From positions 1 through 55,549 of the forward strand of contig JAJRXB010000198.1 in the NCBI GenBank assembly GCA_024276515.1: 55,549 nucleotides of DNA, in the 5' to 3' direction. The stretch comes from Chloroflexota bacterium. GTDB lineage: Bacteria; Chloroflexota; Anaerolineae; 4572-78; NAK82. Under the pieces are notes generated by a model. That model had not been told where the DNA came from. It searched no databases and saw nothing but the letters and a program-made list of their open reading frames with translations. Below are positions 26,318-35,827 of the stretch, piece by piece; within the stretch, counting starts at the first letter, position 1, and each line of letters begins with the position of its first letter. Made by a program: the position numbers and the translations under genes.

Positions 26318-26431
26318 CTACTCAGGCATAGGTGCCAGGCACTCATAGAGCCGTCTTTTTGCCAGGTTGATAGCGCGTACAAACTGATTTTGGCTCAAGT
26401 TATCTGCCAAAAGTGCCTGGCACCTGAGTAG
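26318..26431 (+). repeat. 114-nt hairpin element, copy A (53 nt upstream of the rfbF start)
   Basis: 108 of 114 positions are identical (hand alignment) to 36625-36738, in the same orientation. The termini CTACTCAGG..GTGCCAGGCACT and AGTGCCTGGCACCTGAGTAG are inverted repeats. Confidence 0.9.
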
Positions 26432-26484
26432 TAACAAAGATACTCAAGATACTCATTGAACGTAAAGGCCAGGAGGTTGTTTTC

Positions 26485-27261
26485 ATGAAAACGGTAATTC
26501 TCGCCGGCGGCTACGGGACACGCATCAGCGAGGAAAGCACTGTGAGGCCCAAACCGATGGTAGAGATCGGCGGCAAGCCGATCCTGTGGCACATTATGAA
26601 AATTTACTCCGCCCACGGCATCAACGACTTCATCATCTGCTGTGGCTACAAGGGTTATATGATTAAGGAATACTTCGCCAATTACTTTCTCTATATGTCC
26701 GACGTCACCTTCGATATGAAAAACAATAAGATGGAAGTTCATCAAAACAGCGCTGAGCCGTGGCGGGTAACGTTGGTCGACACCGGCGACGAGACGATGA
26801 CCGGCGGGCGACTCAGAAGGGTTAAGGATTACATTGGCAACGAAACGTTTTGCTTTACCTATGGAGATGGCGTCGCGAATGTGGATATTAAGCGGCTGAT
26901 TCACTTTCACCGGGAGCAAAAGACACTGGCCACCCTGACAGCGGTCCAGCCACCAGGGCGATTTGGGACTTTCAATTTGGCGCAGGAGCAAACCAGAATT
27001 TCTCACTTCAGAGAAAAGCCCCAGGGCGATGGCGCCTGGATTAACGGCGGGTTTTTCGTTCTGGAGCCGGCCGTGATGGATTACATCACCGGTGACTCAA
27101 CCGTTTGGGAGCAAGAGCCGCTAAAAAACCTGGCGCGGGATGGTATGCTATCGGCGTACAGGCATTACGGGTTCTGGCACCCGATGGATACGTTACGCGA
27201 CAAAAACGTTCTCGAAGAGTTGTGGGCTTCGGGTAACCCTCCCTGGAAAGTTTGGCAATGA
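26485..27261 (+). CDS. rfbF: Glucose-1-phosphate cytidylyltransferase
   Basis: [62 protein letters not shown] is highly characteristic of RfbF/DdhA. Confidence 0.95.
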   Translation: MKTVILAGGYGTRISEESTVRPKPMVEIGGKPILWHIMKIYSAHGINDFIICCGYKGYMIKEYFANYFLYMSDVTFDMKNNKMEVHQNSAEPWRVTLVDTGDETMTGGRLRRVKDYIGNETFCFTYGDGVANVDIKRLIHFHREQKTLATLTAVQPPGRFGTFNLAQEQTRISHFREKPQGDGAWINGGFFVLEPAVMDYITGDSTVWEQEPLKNLARDGMLSAYRHYGFWHPMDTLRDKNVLEELWASGNPPWKVWQ

Positions 27262-28331
27262 ACAGGACATTCTGGAAGGGCAAAAAGGTCCTGATCACCG
27301 GCCACACCGGTTTTAAAGGCGGTTGGCTGGCCATATGGTTGCAAAAGCTGGGCGCCGACGTGCTGGGATATGCCTTATCCCCGCCGACCGAGCCAAGCCT
27401 GTTTGAGGTAGCCCGTGTAGCCGACGGGATGACTTCTATCACGGGCGACGTTCGTGACCTGGAACACCTCAAGGCCGTCGTCGCCGAGCACCGACCCGAA
27501 ATCGTCATCCACATGGCCGCTCAGGCATTGGTGCGCTATTCTTATCGCAACCCCGTAGAAACATATGCAACCAACGTGATGGGCACGGTGAATGTGCTGG
27601 AGGCAGTCCGGCAGACAGAAAGCGTGCGCGTCGTGGTCAACGTCACCAGCGACAAGTGCTACGAAAACAAGGAATGGGTTTGGGGATACCGAGAAAACGA
27701 GCCAATGGGTGGACATGACCCCTATTCCAGCAGCAAGGGATGCGCAGAACTGGTCACATCCGCTTATCGGAATTCTTACTTTCCCGTGGCGGATTATCCA
27801 CGCCACGGGGTAGCGATTGCCAGCGCCCGGGCCGGTAACGTGATCGGCGGTGGGGATTGGGCTCAGGACCGTCTCGTCCCCGACGTCGTGAATGCTTTTA
27901 TGGAAGGCCGGCCCGTGATCATCCGTAGCCCCCGTGCCATCCGTCCCTGGCAGCACGTGCTGGAGCCGCTCAGCGGCTATCTGTGCCTGGCAGAACAGTT
28001 GTGGGAGCGGGGGGCGGAGCTCGCCCAGGGCTGGAATTTTGGACCCGACGACGACGCCAGACCCGTCTTGTGGATTGTGAAGTACCTGGCCGATCTCTGG
28101 GGTGAGGGAGCCGGCTGGGAATTGGACTCGGCAGAGCACCCGCACGAGGCCCACTACCTGAAACTGGACTGCTCCAAGGCCAAAAGCTTGCTGGCGTGGT
28201 CGCCGAGGCTGCGCCTGACTACGGCCCTGGAATGGACTGTCGAATGGTATCAGGGCTACCGGCGGGACGAAGATATGCGCTGCCTGACCGAAGCCCAAAT
28301 TGCGCGCTACGAAGATATGGAGGCGGCATGA
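27258..28331 (+). CDS. rfbG: CDP-glucose 4,6-dehydratase
   Basis: [36 protein letters not shown] (YxxxK). ATG at 27258 overlaps the rfbF stop (ATGA). The ORF-track TTG lies at 27252. Confidence 0.95.
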   Translation: MNRTFWKGKKVLITGHTGFKGGWLAIWLQKLGADVLGYALSPPTEPSLFEVARVADGMTSITGDVRDLEHLKAVVAEHRPEIVIHMAAQALVRYSYRNPVETYATNVMGTVNVLEAVRQTESVRVVVNVTSDKCYENKEWVWGYRENEPMGGHDPYSSSKGCAELVTSAYRNSYFPVADYPRHGVAIASARAGNVIGGGDWAQDRLVPDVVNAFMEGRPVIIRSPRAIRPWQHVLEPLSGYLCLAEQLWERGAELAQGWNFGPDDDARPVLWIVKYLADLWGEGAGWELDSAEHPHEAHYLKLDCSKAKSLLAWSPRLRLTTALEWTVEWYQGYRRDEDMRCLTEAQIARYEDMEAA

Positions 28332-28861
28332 TCTTCCGAGAGACAGAACTCAAAGGCGCGTTTATCATTGAATTGGAAAAACTGGAGGACGCGCGGGGCT
28401 TTTTTGCCCGGGCGTGGTGTCAGAAAGAATTTGAAGCGCATGGTCTGACGGCGAGGTTGGTTCAGTGCAACCTCTCTTTCAACAAAAAACGAGGGACGTT
28501 ACGAGGTATGCATTACCAGGCCGCCCCCTACGAAGAGGTTAAATTGGTCCGATGCACCAGGGGCGCGGTATACGACGTCATCATCGATTTGCGGCCAGAA
28601 TCGCCTACCTACAAGCAGTGGCTAGGCGTGGAATTGACGGCCGACAACTACAAAATGCTCTACGTGCCCGAAGGTTTTGCTCACGGGTATCAAACCCTCA
28701 CCGACGACGCCGAGGTGTTTTACCAGGTATCCCAGTTTTACACGCCGGCGTCTGAGCGGGGCGTGCGCTGGGATGATCCGGCGTTTGGCATCGAGTGGCC
28801 GGAAACCGACACGCGGATCATTTCGGACAAGGACGAGAGTTGGCCGGATTACGCGCAATGA
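28328..28861 (+). CDS. RmlC-like sugar-nucleotide 3,5-epimerase (cupin)
   Basis: DARGFF, LRGMHYQ, KLVRCTRGAVYDVIIDLR, YVPEGFAHGYQTL. ATG at 28328 overlaps the rfbG stop (ATGA). Confidence 0.9.
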   Translation: MIFRETELKGAFIIELEKLEDARGFFARAWCQKEFEAHGLTARLVQCNLSFNKKRGTLRGMHYQAAPYEEVKLVRCTRGAVYDVIIDLRPESPTYKQWLGVELTADNYKMLYVPEGFAHGYQTLTDDAEVFYQVSQFYTPASERGVRWDDPAFGIEWPETDTRIISDKDESWPDYAQ

Positions 28862-30114
28862 GGTCGGGGACGTACAAAAACAATCGCATTGCAGGTTTTC
28901 TGGCCGATACCTGGTGGTTTGGACTTTCCAAAAGGCTGTCGGAGGAAGATTTTGAGAGGCTGGCGGCGCTTCGCGCCGAACAGGGCTTTTCGGCGGTCCA
29001 GCTTGTCGTTGGCGTGCCGCCGGAGGTTGGCCCCGAAAATGAAAACGCCCAAAGCCAGGCAGGGTTTCCGTGGACGCTCGATGGCAACTTCAATCCAAAA
29101 TATCTGGAGCTTGCCCGAGACAAAATACAATATCTGAATGACCTCGGCTTGCTCGTCATCGTCTATGGTGCCTGGGGCCATCAAATCCAATGGCTTGGCA
29201 AGGAGAGAATGGCCCAATGGTGGGCAAAGATAATAGAAACTTTGGACTCGCTCGATGTGATATACTGTCTGTGCGGCGAAAGTAATTTGTGGGTGGGAGA
29301 AGAGTCGCAATTGCTGCCTGCCCGGTCCACGGACGACCTGGTGCGGAGTCGCGTACTATCCTGGTTGCCGGCGGGGATGCGCAGTCGTTTGGGTGAAGCG
29401 GTCAAATGTTTCAGGCGACCGCTCTACCGACGCCAACTCGAAAAACGTCGTGACGACTGGAGTTTTGTGCTGGAGACAATATCGCAACGCACCGACAAGC
29501 CTGTCATCGTCCATCCTGTCTCTTATGAAACGGGTTACGAGGCGGTCGCCAACCCGCAATTGTTGTCCGCCAATACGGTCCAAACGGGGCACGACGCAAG
29601 CGCCAGAAATCGCTTGTGGCGGCAACCGCTGGCGTTGTTGAAAGATGATCCTGCTCACAAGGGGTTCATCAATCTGGAGCCGTGGTACGAGGGCATATGC
29701 GATCAGTTTTGGGCCGAAGATCAAATGTTTGCCTACTGGGTGACCATGTTGGCAGGAGCGACAGGCTATTGTTATGGGGCTCACGGAATCTGGAACGTGG
29801 GAGACGGCGAGTTTCTGGCTCATTGGGGAAAACAAACGTTTGCTCAGGCGATGGCGCTCGACACACCCAGATTGCTCGGTCTTTCTCACAAACAGTATTT
29901 GCTGCGGTGGCATCACCAGGGTGAAACTTTTTACCAAACGGTGGGAGACGAGCTGATAACCATTGGGAGAAAGGCCGGGGGCAAGGTGATCCAATTCTTC
30001 CCAGAGGTCGGCAGGGCCAGCTACGTCCCTGGTGGGAAAATTTGGCTTCCCCTTGAGGGTGTTTTTGCAGAGAGATTGCCACCCCACGGACAAATAGTCA
30101 TCTTCCGTGATTGA
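28858..30114 (+). CDS. DUF4038 / GH140-like TIM-barrel protein (putative glycoside hydrolase fold)
   Basis: FLADTWWFGLSKRLSEEDFERLAALRAEQGFSAVQLVVG resembles the DUF4038 N-terminus. ATG at 28858 overlaps the epimerase stop (ATGA). No signal peptide. The family call rests on recall, not a search. Confidence 0.6.
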   Translation: MRSGTYKNNRIAGFLADTWWFGLSKRLSEEDFERLAALRAEQGFSAVQLVVGVPPEVGPENENAQSQAGFPWTLDGNFNPKYLELARDKIQYLNDLGLLVIVYGAWGHQIQWLGKERMAQWWAKIIETLDSLDVIYCLCGESNLWVGEESQLLPARSTDDLVRSRVLSWLPAGMRSRLGEAVKCFRRPLYRRQLEKRRDDWSFVLETISQRTDKPVIVHPVSYETGYEAVANPQLLSANTVQTGHDASARNRLWRQPLALLKDDPAHKGFINLEPWYEGICDQFWAEDQMFAYWVTMLAGATGYCYGAHGIWNVGDGEFLAHWGKQTFAQAMALDTPRLLGLSHKQYLLRWHHQGETFYQTVGDELITIGRKAGGKVIQFFPEVGRASYVPGGKIWLPLEGVFAERLPPHGQIVIFRD

Positions 30115-30132
30115 AGAGAGAAGGGAGTGTAA

Positions 30133-31440
30133 ATGATCATCGTTGACAAGGCGCTGGAAAAACGACACCAGGAAGGCAATCCCGTCCGGGTGGCGATGGT
30201 AGGGGCTGGTTATATGGGGCGTGGCATTGCCCTTCAGATTATAACGGCGACCGTGGGTATGGAACTGGTCGCCATCTCGAACCGCACCCTCTCAGAGGCC
30301 GGTCGTGCCTATCGGGAAGCCGGCGTAGACGCGGTCAAGACAGTCGAGACTGTCGCTCAGTTGGAGGAGGCCATCAACCAGGGGCAATGTGCCATCACCG
30401 ACGATGCGCTGCTGCTTTGCCGGGCAGAAGGCATCGACGCCGTGATTGAAGTGACAGGCACGATTGAATTTGGTGCCCGCGTGGCACTGGAGGCGATTGA
30501 ACACGGCAAACACGTCATCCTGATGAACGCGGAACTCGACGCTACGCTGGGCCCGATTCTAAAGGTATATGCCGACCACGCCGGGGTGATCATCACCAAC
30601 GCCGACGGCGACCAGCCTGGCGTGATTATGAATCTCTACCGCTTTGTCAAGGCCATCGGCTGCAGGCCGGTTTTGGCCGGTAATATGAAAGGTCTCCACG
30701 ACCCCTACCGCACGCCCGAGACCCAGCGGGGATATGCGGCCAAATACCACCAAAAGCCGCGGATGGTCACGTCCTTCGCCGACGGAAGCAAAATTTCGAT
30801 GGAAATGGCGGTCGTGGCCAATGCAACGGGTTTCAAGGTTGGCCAGCGGGGCATGTATGGGCCGCACTGTGCTCACGTCAACGACACCGTGACTCTCTTC
30901 CCTATGGACCAGTTGCTTGGTGGTGGCCTCGTAGACTACGTTGTTGGTGCCGAGCCCGCGCCTGGGGTGTTTGTTTTGGGCTACAATGAGCACCCAATTC
31001 AGCAGCGCTACATGAGGTACTACAAGATGGGGGATGGTCCCCTGTACGTTTTTTATACCCCCTACCACTTGTGCCACCTGGAAGTGCCTCTGACCGTTGC
31101 CCGGGCTGTGCTCTTTGACGATGCCACTGCCACGCCCCTTGCCGGCCCGGTGTGCGAGGTAGTCACCGTCGCCAAGCGTGACCTGAAGGCTGGCGAAATG
31201 CTCGACGGCATCGGCGGCTTTACGTGCTACGGCGTGCTCGAAAACTCCGAGATCCGGCAGGTTGAAAATCTGTTGCCAATGGGGTTGTCTGAGGGGTGTT
31301 ACCTCAAAAGAGACATCCCAAAGGACCAGGTCATTACCTGCGCTGACGTAACCCTGCCCGAGGGACGTCTGTGCGACAAGCTGTGGGCCGAACAGAACGC
31401 TTACTTTGCCCTGTCCGAAGCTGTTGCAGTGATGGCGTAG
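30133..31440 (+). CDS. NAD(P)-binding oxidoreductase with C-terminal SAF domain (COG4091-like, homoserine-dehydrogenase-related)
   Basis: Rossmann motif VAMVGAGYMGRGIA, and the C-terminal segment VAKRDLKAGEMLDGIGGF is typical of a SAF domain. Candidate 4-ketoreductase of the CDP-sugar branch (inference). Confidence 0.75.
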   Translation: MIIVDKALEKRHQEGNPVRVAMVGAGYMGRGIALQIITATVGMELVAISNRTLSEAGRAYREAGVDAVKTVETVAQLEEAINQGQCAITDDALLLCRAEGIDAVIEVTGTIEFGARVALEAIEHGKHVILMNAELDATLGPILKVYADHAGVIITNADGDQPGVIMNLYRFVKAIGCRPVLAGNMKGLHDPYRTPETQRGYAAKYHQKPRMVTSFADGSKISMEMAVVANATGFKVGQRGMYGPHCAHVNDTVTLFPMDQLLGGGLVDYVVGAEPAPGVFVLGYNEHPIQQRYMRYYKMGDGPLYVFYTPYHLCHLEVPLTVARAVLFDDATATPLAGPVCEVVTVAKRDLKAGEMLDGIGGFTCYGVLENSEIRQVENLLPMGLSEGCYLKRDIPKDQVITCADVTLPEGRLCDKLWAEQNAYFALSEAVAVMA

Positions 31441-31563
31441 ATCGTGACCGGCCGGTGGGTGGACAGCGGCAGGCTAATTTATTCATAGAGGTTTCTAACT
31501 TTTTTCTTATACGAATCCCGTGTCTTTACTCTATCTTAGTGTAGCCCGGAGGCAACGTTCTAA

Positions 31564-32460
31564 ATGGCCGTAAAAGAATTCACCGAACCACAACCTGCCG
31601 TAGCCGCTTCTGCGCCTGTCGCACCGGACGAAGAGCCGGCGATTCATATTCGTATTGAAGCTTCCAAAGGCTGGGTTTCTCTCAAGCTCCGCGAGTTGTG
31701 GGAATATCGGGAACTGCTATACTTCCTCACCTGGCGTGACATCAAGGTGCGCTACAAGCAGACCGTGCTGGGCGCGGCCTGGGCCATCATCCAGCCCTTT
31801 TTCACGATGGTGGTCTTCAGTTTGTTCTTCGGCAAGTTGGCCAAAATCCCCTCGGACGGTATCCCCTATCCCATCTTCAGTTACGCCGCGCTGGTGCCCT
31901 GGACTTTCTTCGCCAGGGGACTTGGTCAGGCTTCAAACAGCCTGGTGAGCGGCTCTAAACTGATCAAGAAAGTCTACTTCCCGCGGCTGGCGATGCCGAT
32001 AGCCACCGTGTTGGGGGGGGTCGTAGATTTCGCTTTGGCGTTTGTCGTGCTGTTGGGGATGATGCTTGCCTACCGCATCATGCCCACCGTCAATGTGTTT
32101 TGGTTGCCGCTTTTTCTATTGCTGGCACTGATTACCTCCCTCGGCGTCTCCCTCTGGCTTTCGGCGATGAACGTGCAGTTCCGTGACGTGCGTTACACCG
32201 TCCCTTTCATCACCCAGTTCTGGATGTTTGCCACGCCGATTGCCTATCCCAGCAGCCTGATCAAGGACCCCTTGTTGCGGACAGTGTACGCTATCAATCC
32301 AATGGTGGGCGTGATAGAGGGCTTTCGGTGGGCCTTGCTGGGCACCGACACAGCGCCTGGCCGTATCATCATCGTTTCCTCGTTGGCAGCGTTGGTGATA
32401 CTCATCAGCGGGGCGTTCTACTTTCGCCGTATGGAAAGAACTTTCGCGGACGTCGTGTAG
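31564..32460 (+). CDS. wzm: ABC-2 type polysaccharide export permease
   Basis: LWEYRELLYFLTWRDIKVRYKQTVLGAAWAIIQPFFTMVVF, plus six predicted TM helices. Confidence 0.92.
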   Translation: MAVKEFTEPQPAVAASAPVAPDEEPAIHIRIEASKGWVSLKLRELWEYRELLYFLTWRDIKVRYKQTVLGAAWAIIQPFFTMVVFSLFFGKLAKIPSDGIPYPIFSYAALVPWTFFARGLGQASNSLVSGSKLIKKVYFPRLAMPIATVLGGVVDFALAFVVLLGMMLAYRIMPTVNVFWLPLFLLLALITSLGVSLWLSAMNVQFRDVRYTVPFITQFWMFATPIAYPSSLIKDPLLRTVYAINPMVGVIEGFRWALLGTDTAPGRIIIVSSLAALVILISGAFYFRRMERTFADVV

Positions 32461-32471
32461 GGTAATTCAAA

Positions 32472-33800
32472 ATGAGCGGTATTGCAATCCGAGTAGAGAA
32501 TCTGAGCAAGCAATATTACATCGGCAGGCTGCAGAAAAAGTACGAGACGCTGCGCGATACGTTAACCGACGCCCTCGTCGCGCCATTTCGCCGGGCGGGC
32601 AAGTTGTTGCGTGGCCAGGCCACCGGTGCGGCGGAATTGGACGAGGCCATCTGGGCTCTCAAGGACGTCTCCTTTGAGGTAAAGCGCGGTGAAGTGGTCG
32701 GCATCATCGGTCGCAACGGGGCCGGCAAAAGTACGCTGCTTAAGATCCTGTCGCGCATCACCGAACCAACGAGCGGATTTGCCGACATCTATGGTCGGGT
32801 GGGCTCGCTGTTGGAAGTGGGCACCGGTTTTCACCAGGAGTTGACCGGCAGGGAGAATATCTATCTCAACGGTGCAATCCTGGGCATGAAGCGAGTCGAG
32901 ATTGACCGCAAATTAGACGAGATTGTCGCCTTTTCGGAGGTGGAGAAATTCATTGATACGCCGGTCAAACACTATTCCAGCGGCATGCAAATGCGCCTGG
33001 CTTTTGCTGTGGCCGCTCACCTGGAGCCGGAGATTCTACTGGTAGACGAGGTTCTGGCCGTAGGGGATGCTCGCTTTCAGCGAAAATGTTTGGGCAAGAT
33101 GGAAGAGGTTGGGAAGGCAGGGCGGACGGTGCTTTTCGTCTCCCACAGTATGCCTGCCATCACCCGTCTGTGCGAGCGCGTGATCCTGCTGGATGAGGGC
33201 CGGATAGTGGCCGATGGACCAGCGCATCAGGCGGTCAGCGTCTACATGAGCTCGGGCCTGGGCACGACGGCTGCGCGCGAATGGCCGGACCCGGACAAGG
33301 CTCCGGGCGGCGAGATAGCTCGTCTTCGCGTCGTGCGGGTGTGTCAGGAGGATGGCAAGGTTGCGGATGCCGTGGACATTCGGCAGCCGGTGACGGTTGA
33401 AATGGGATATGAAGTGCTGAGAGAAGGCTACGTGCTATTGCCTCATTTTCACTTCTTCAACGAAGCCGGCATCCACGTTTTTGCAGCCCTCGACCAGGAT
33501 CCCAACTGGCGAAGGCGACCTCGTCCGGCAGGCTACTACGTGAGCAGAACCTGGATCCCCGGCAATCTGTTGGCAGAAGGGACAATGTTTGTCACGCCAG
33601 CTATGACAACCCTGGATCCCAACCTCCCCCAGTTTTACGAACGGGATGCAGTCGCCTTCCAGACTTTTGACACGCTTGACGGCGACTCAGCACGAGGCGA
33701 CTGGTCGAAACATCTGGGTGGGGTGATACGTCCACTTTTGTCGTGGGACACCGAGTTTGAACCAAACGGATATGGGCCCGGCAACGACCACGGACGGTAA
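32472..33800 (+). CDS. wzt: ABC polysaccharide export ATP-binding protein with C-terminal extension (Wzt-type)
   Basis: Walker A GRNGAGKST, signature YSSGMQMRLAFA, Walker B ILLVDEVLAVGD. A beta-rich extension of about 190 aa follows the NBD. Confidence 0.92.
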   Translation: MSGIAIRVENLSKQYYIGRLQKKYETLRDTLTDALVAPFRRAGKLLRGQATGAAELDEAIWALKDVSFEVKRGEVVGIIGRNGAGKSTLLKILSRITEPTSGFADIYGRVGSLLEVGTGFHQELTGRENIYLNGAILGMKRVEIDRKLDEIVAFSEVEKFIDTPVKHYSSGMQMRLAFAVAAHLEPEILLVDEVLAVGDARFQRKCLGKMEEVGKAGRTVLFVSHSMPAITRLCERVILLDEGRIVADGPAHQAVSVYMSSGLGTTAAREWPDPDKAPGGEIARLRVVRVCQEDGKVADAVDIRQPVTVEMGYEVLREGYVLLPHFHFFNEAGIHVFAALDQDPNWRRRPRPAGYYVSRTWIPGNLLAEGTMFVTPAMTTLDPNLPQFYERDAVAFQTFDTLDGDSARGDWSKHLGGVIRPLLSWDTEFEPNGYGPGNDHGR

Positions 33801-33848
33801 GTAATTACCGTCCGAGATTACCCTGGCGGTGCGTATCAGGAAAATGTG

Positions 33849-34886
33849 ATGACAAAAGTTGTGTATTTGATTGCATCCCATGTCAATCCACGGCAGATAG
33901 TGCGATTGGTAAGGACGCTAAGGGATGGCAGCCCTACAGCCTCAATTGTCATTCATCACGATTACTCCAGGTCTTATCTGGATCCCACGGCTTTTGCCGG
34001 CATAGATAGCGTTCACATTATAGAAGATTATATTTCTGTCCGGTGGGGACGTTTCTCACAGGTGGCGATGGTGCTGCACGCCTTCGAGTGGGCACTGAGC
34101 CATCTCGAGTTTGATTGGCTGGTGTTCATCTCTGGTCAGGATTACCCGATTCAACCGTTAAGTCAAATCGAGCGATTTCTGGAAACCACTCCCTACGATG
34201 GATTTATGAGGGGTGTGGCCCTGGAAGAGTCAATTCCCTGCGGCCCTGACGAATGTTCGATAGGGCAGGTCTCTGGAAAACTGTGCCTGGATTGTGTGTC
34301 ACGATACTACTACCAGTATTATGATCTTTACAGTCACAGCTTACCCCCCAGGCTTAGGAGGATATTGAAGAGAGTGGGGCGGTCCCTTTACAGAGCGCAG
34401 TCTCCTGTACAGGTCAGGCTGATCCCTTACAACGTTGAGCCTCGGCTGGTCATTGGCATTCGGTCGCCTGTCACGCCTTTTACGCCCGACTTCAAATGTT
34501 ACAAAGGTTCTCAGTGGTTCACTCTGAACCATAGCTGCATTCAATACATTCGTCAATTTGTCCGCACTCATGCCCGATTTGTGCGATACTATCAGCGCAC
34601 CCTTATGCCCGACGAGTCGTTTTTTCACACAATCATACTAAATCATCCTGCGTTCAAGATACTCAACGACAACAAGCGCTTTGTTAGCTGGCGTGATCAC
34701 ACGGCTCCAAGTCCACAAGTGCTGAGGGCACAGGACTTTGAGCACATTATCGCTTCGAACCAACACTTTGCTCGCAAATTCGACGTCAATGTGGATGCCG
34801 CCGTGCTAGGTATGCTTGACGAATACATCAACGCCGGGCACAAATTCGAGCTGTCCGTGGAGGAGAGACAGGCGTGGCGGATGTGA
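33849..34886 (+). CDS. Glycosyltransferase family 14 (core-2/I-branching enzyme fold)
   Basis: VVYLIASHVNPRQIVRLVRTL, VRWGRFSQVAMVLHAFEWAL, WLVFISGQDYPI, GSQWFTLNHSCIQYI, PDESFFHTIILN. A GTG alternative lies at 33846. Confidence 0.88.
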   Translation: MTKVVYLIASHVNPRQIVRLVRTLRDGSPTASIVIHHDYSRSYLDPTAFAGIDSVHIIEDYISVRWGRFSQVAMVLHAFEWALSHLEFDWLVFISGQDYPIQPLSQIERFLETTPYDGFMRGVALEESIPCGPDECSIGQVSGKLCLDCVSRYYYQYYDLYSHSLPPRLRRILKRVGRSLYRAQSPVQVRLIPYNVEPRLVIGIRSPVTPFTPDFKCYKGSQWFTLNHSCIQYIRQFVRTHARFVRYYQRTLMPDESFFHTIILNHPAFKILNDNKRFVSWRDHTAPSPQVLRAQDFEHIIASNQHFARKFDVNVDAAVLGMLDEYINAGHKFELSVEERQAWRM

Positions 34887-35779
34887 AAGGCCCTCAGCCC
34901 ACAGGGCTGTCGCGTCACCAGATGGTGAGTGTTATTCTTCCGGCGTATAACGCTGCGCATACTTTGGGCGAGCAGCTCGACGCGCTCAAGAATCAAGCGT
35001 ATGATGGCGACTGGGAAGTCATCGTGGTTAACAATTGCTCCACCGATGCCACTGTTGGCGTAGTTGAAGCCTATCAACGTGCAATGCCTCAATTGCGCCT
35101 TGTCCACGCGCCGGAGCGGCGGAACGTGTCGTATGCGCGCAACCTTGGGGTGCAGTCAGCTCACGGCGACGTGTTTCTCTTTTGCGACGCCGACGACGTG
35201 GTTGCGCCCGGCTGGCTGGCGGCGTTAGCAAAGGCCCTGAGAGAACACCATCTGGTCGCCGGGGTGCTCGGCAAACTGAGTCTGGCTGATCAGTTTCCGC
35301 CAGATTCATCGGAAATTCGTGACTTCTCGGCTTCGCCCCATTTGGACTTTCTACCGTTTGCTATCGGCAGTAATTGTGGAATTTCGCGCCAGGCATTCGA
35401 GGCGGTTGGAGGCTTTTCGCTTGAGTTTCCCAGGAATCAAGACGTTGACCTCTCCTGGCGACTGCAATTGCGTGGATACAAAATTCACACTGTACCGTCG
35501 GCGGTGGTGTATTGCCGTCCCTGGAAGTCGTTCTCGGTGCTGTGGAAGAAACACGTTTTGATGGGGGAGGCCGAAGTCAATCTTTACCGGAGATTCGCGG
35601 CCCATGGCATGCCTCGTTCTTCACTGCGGGCCGCGTTGAAGAGATATAAGTCGCTCATTAAGAAGGGAATACGCCTGCGGAGGGCAGGGTTGCCTTCGCG
35701 CCGGAAGTGGGTGTCTCAGGTTGGGCACTGCTGGGGCCGACTACGAGGTTCGTTACGCTATCGCACCCTTTATCCTTGA
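34874..35779 (+). CDS. Glycosyltransferase family 2
   Basis: VSVILPAYNAAHTLGEQLDALKNQ..WEVIVVNNCSTD, FCDADD. GTG at 34874 lies about 10 nt after GGAGGAG; an ATG alternative lies at 34922. Paralog of 36760-37635. Confidence 0.88.
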   Translation: MADVKGPQPTGLSRHQMVSVILPAYNAAHTLGEQLDALKNQAYDGDWEVIVVNNCSTDATVGVVEAYQRAMPQLRLVHAPERRNVSYARNLGVQSAHGDVFLFCDADDVVAPGWLAALAKALREHHLVAGVLGKLSLADQFPPDSSEIRDFSASPHLDFLPFAIGSNCGISRQAFEAVGGFSLEFPRNQDVDLSWRLQLRGYKIHTVPSAVVYCRPWKSFSVLWKKHVLMGEAEVNLYRRFAAHGMPRSSLRAALKRYKSLIKKGIRLRRAGLPSRRKWVSQVGHCWGRLRGSLRYRTLYP

Positions 35780-35827
35780 GGGAATGGACGCCTGAGTGAT
35801 TGCAAAATCGGACATTTTTAATAAGAG

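Noticed and set aside
26395-27006. 203-aa minus-strand ORF
   Set aside because: It is antisense to the unmistakable rfbF gene and starts inside copy A of the 114-nt repeat.
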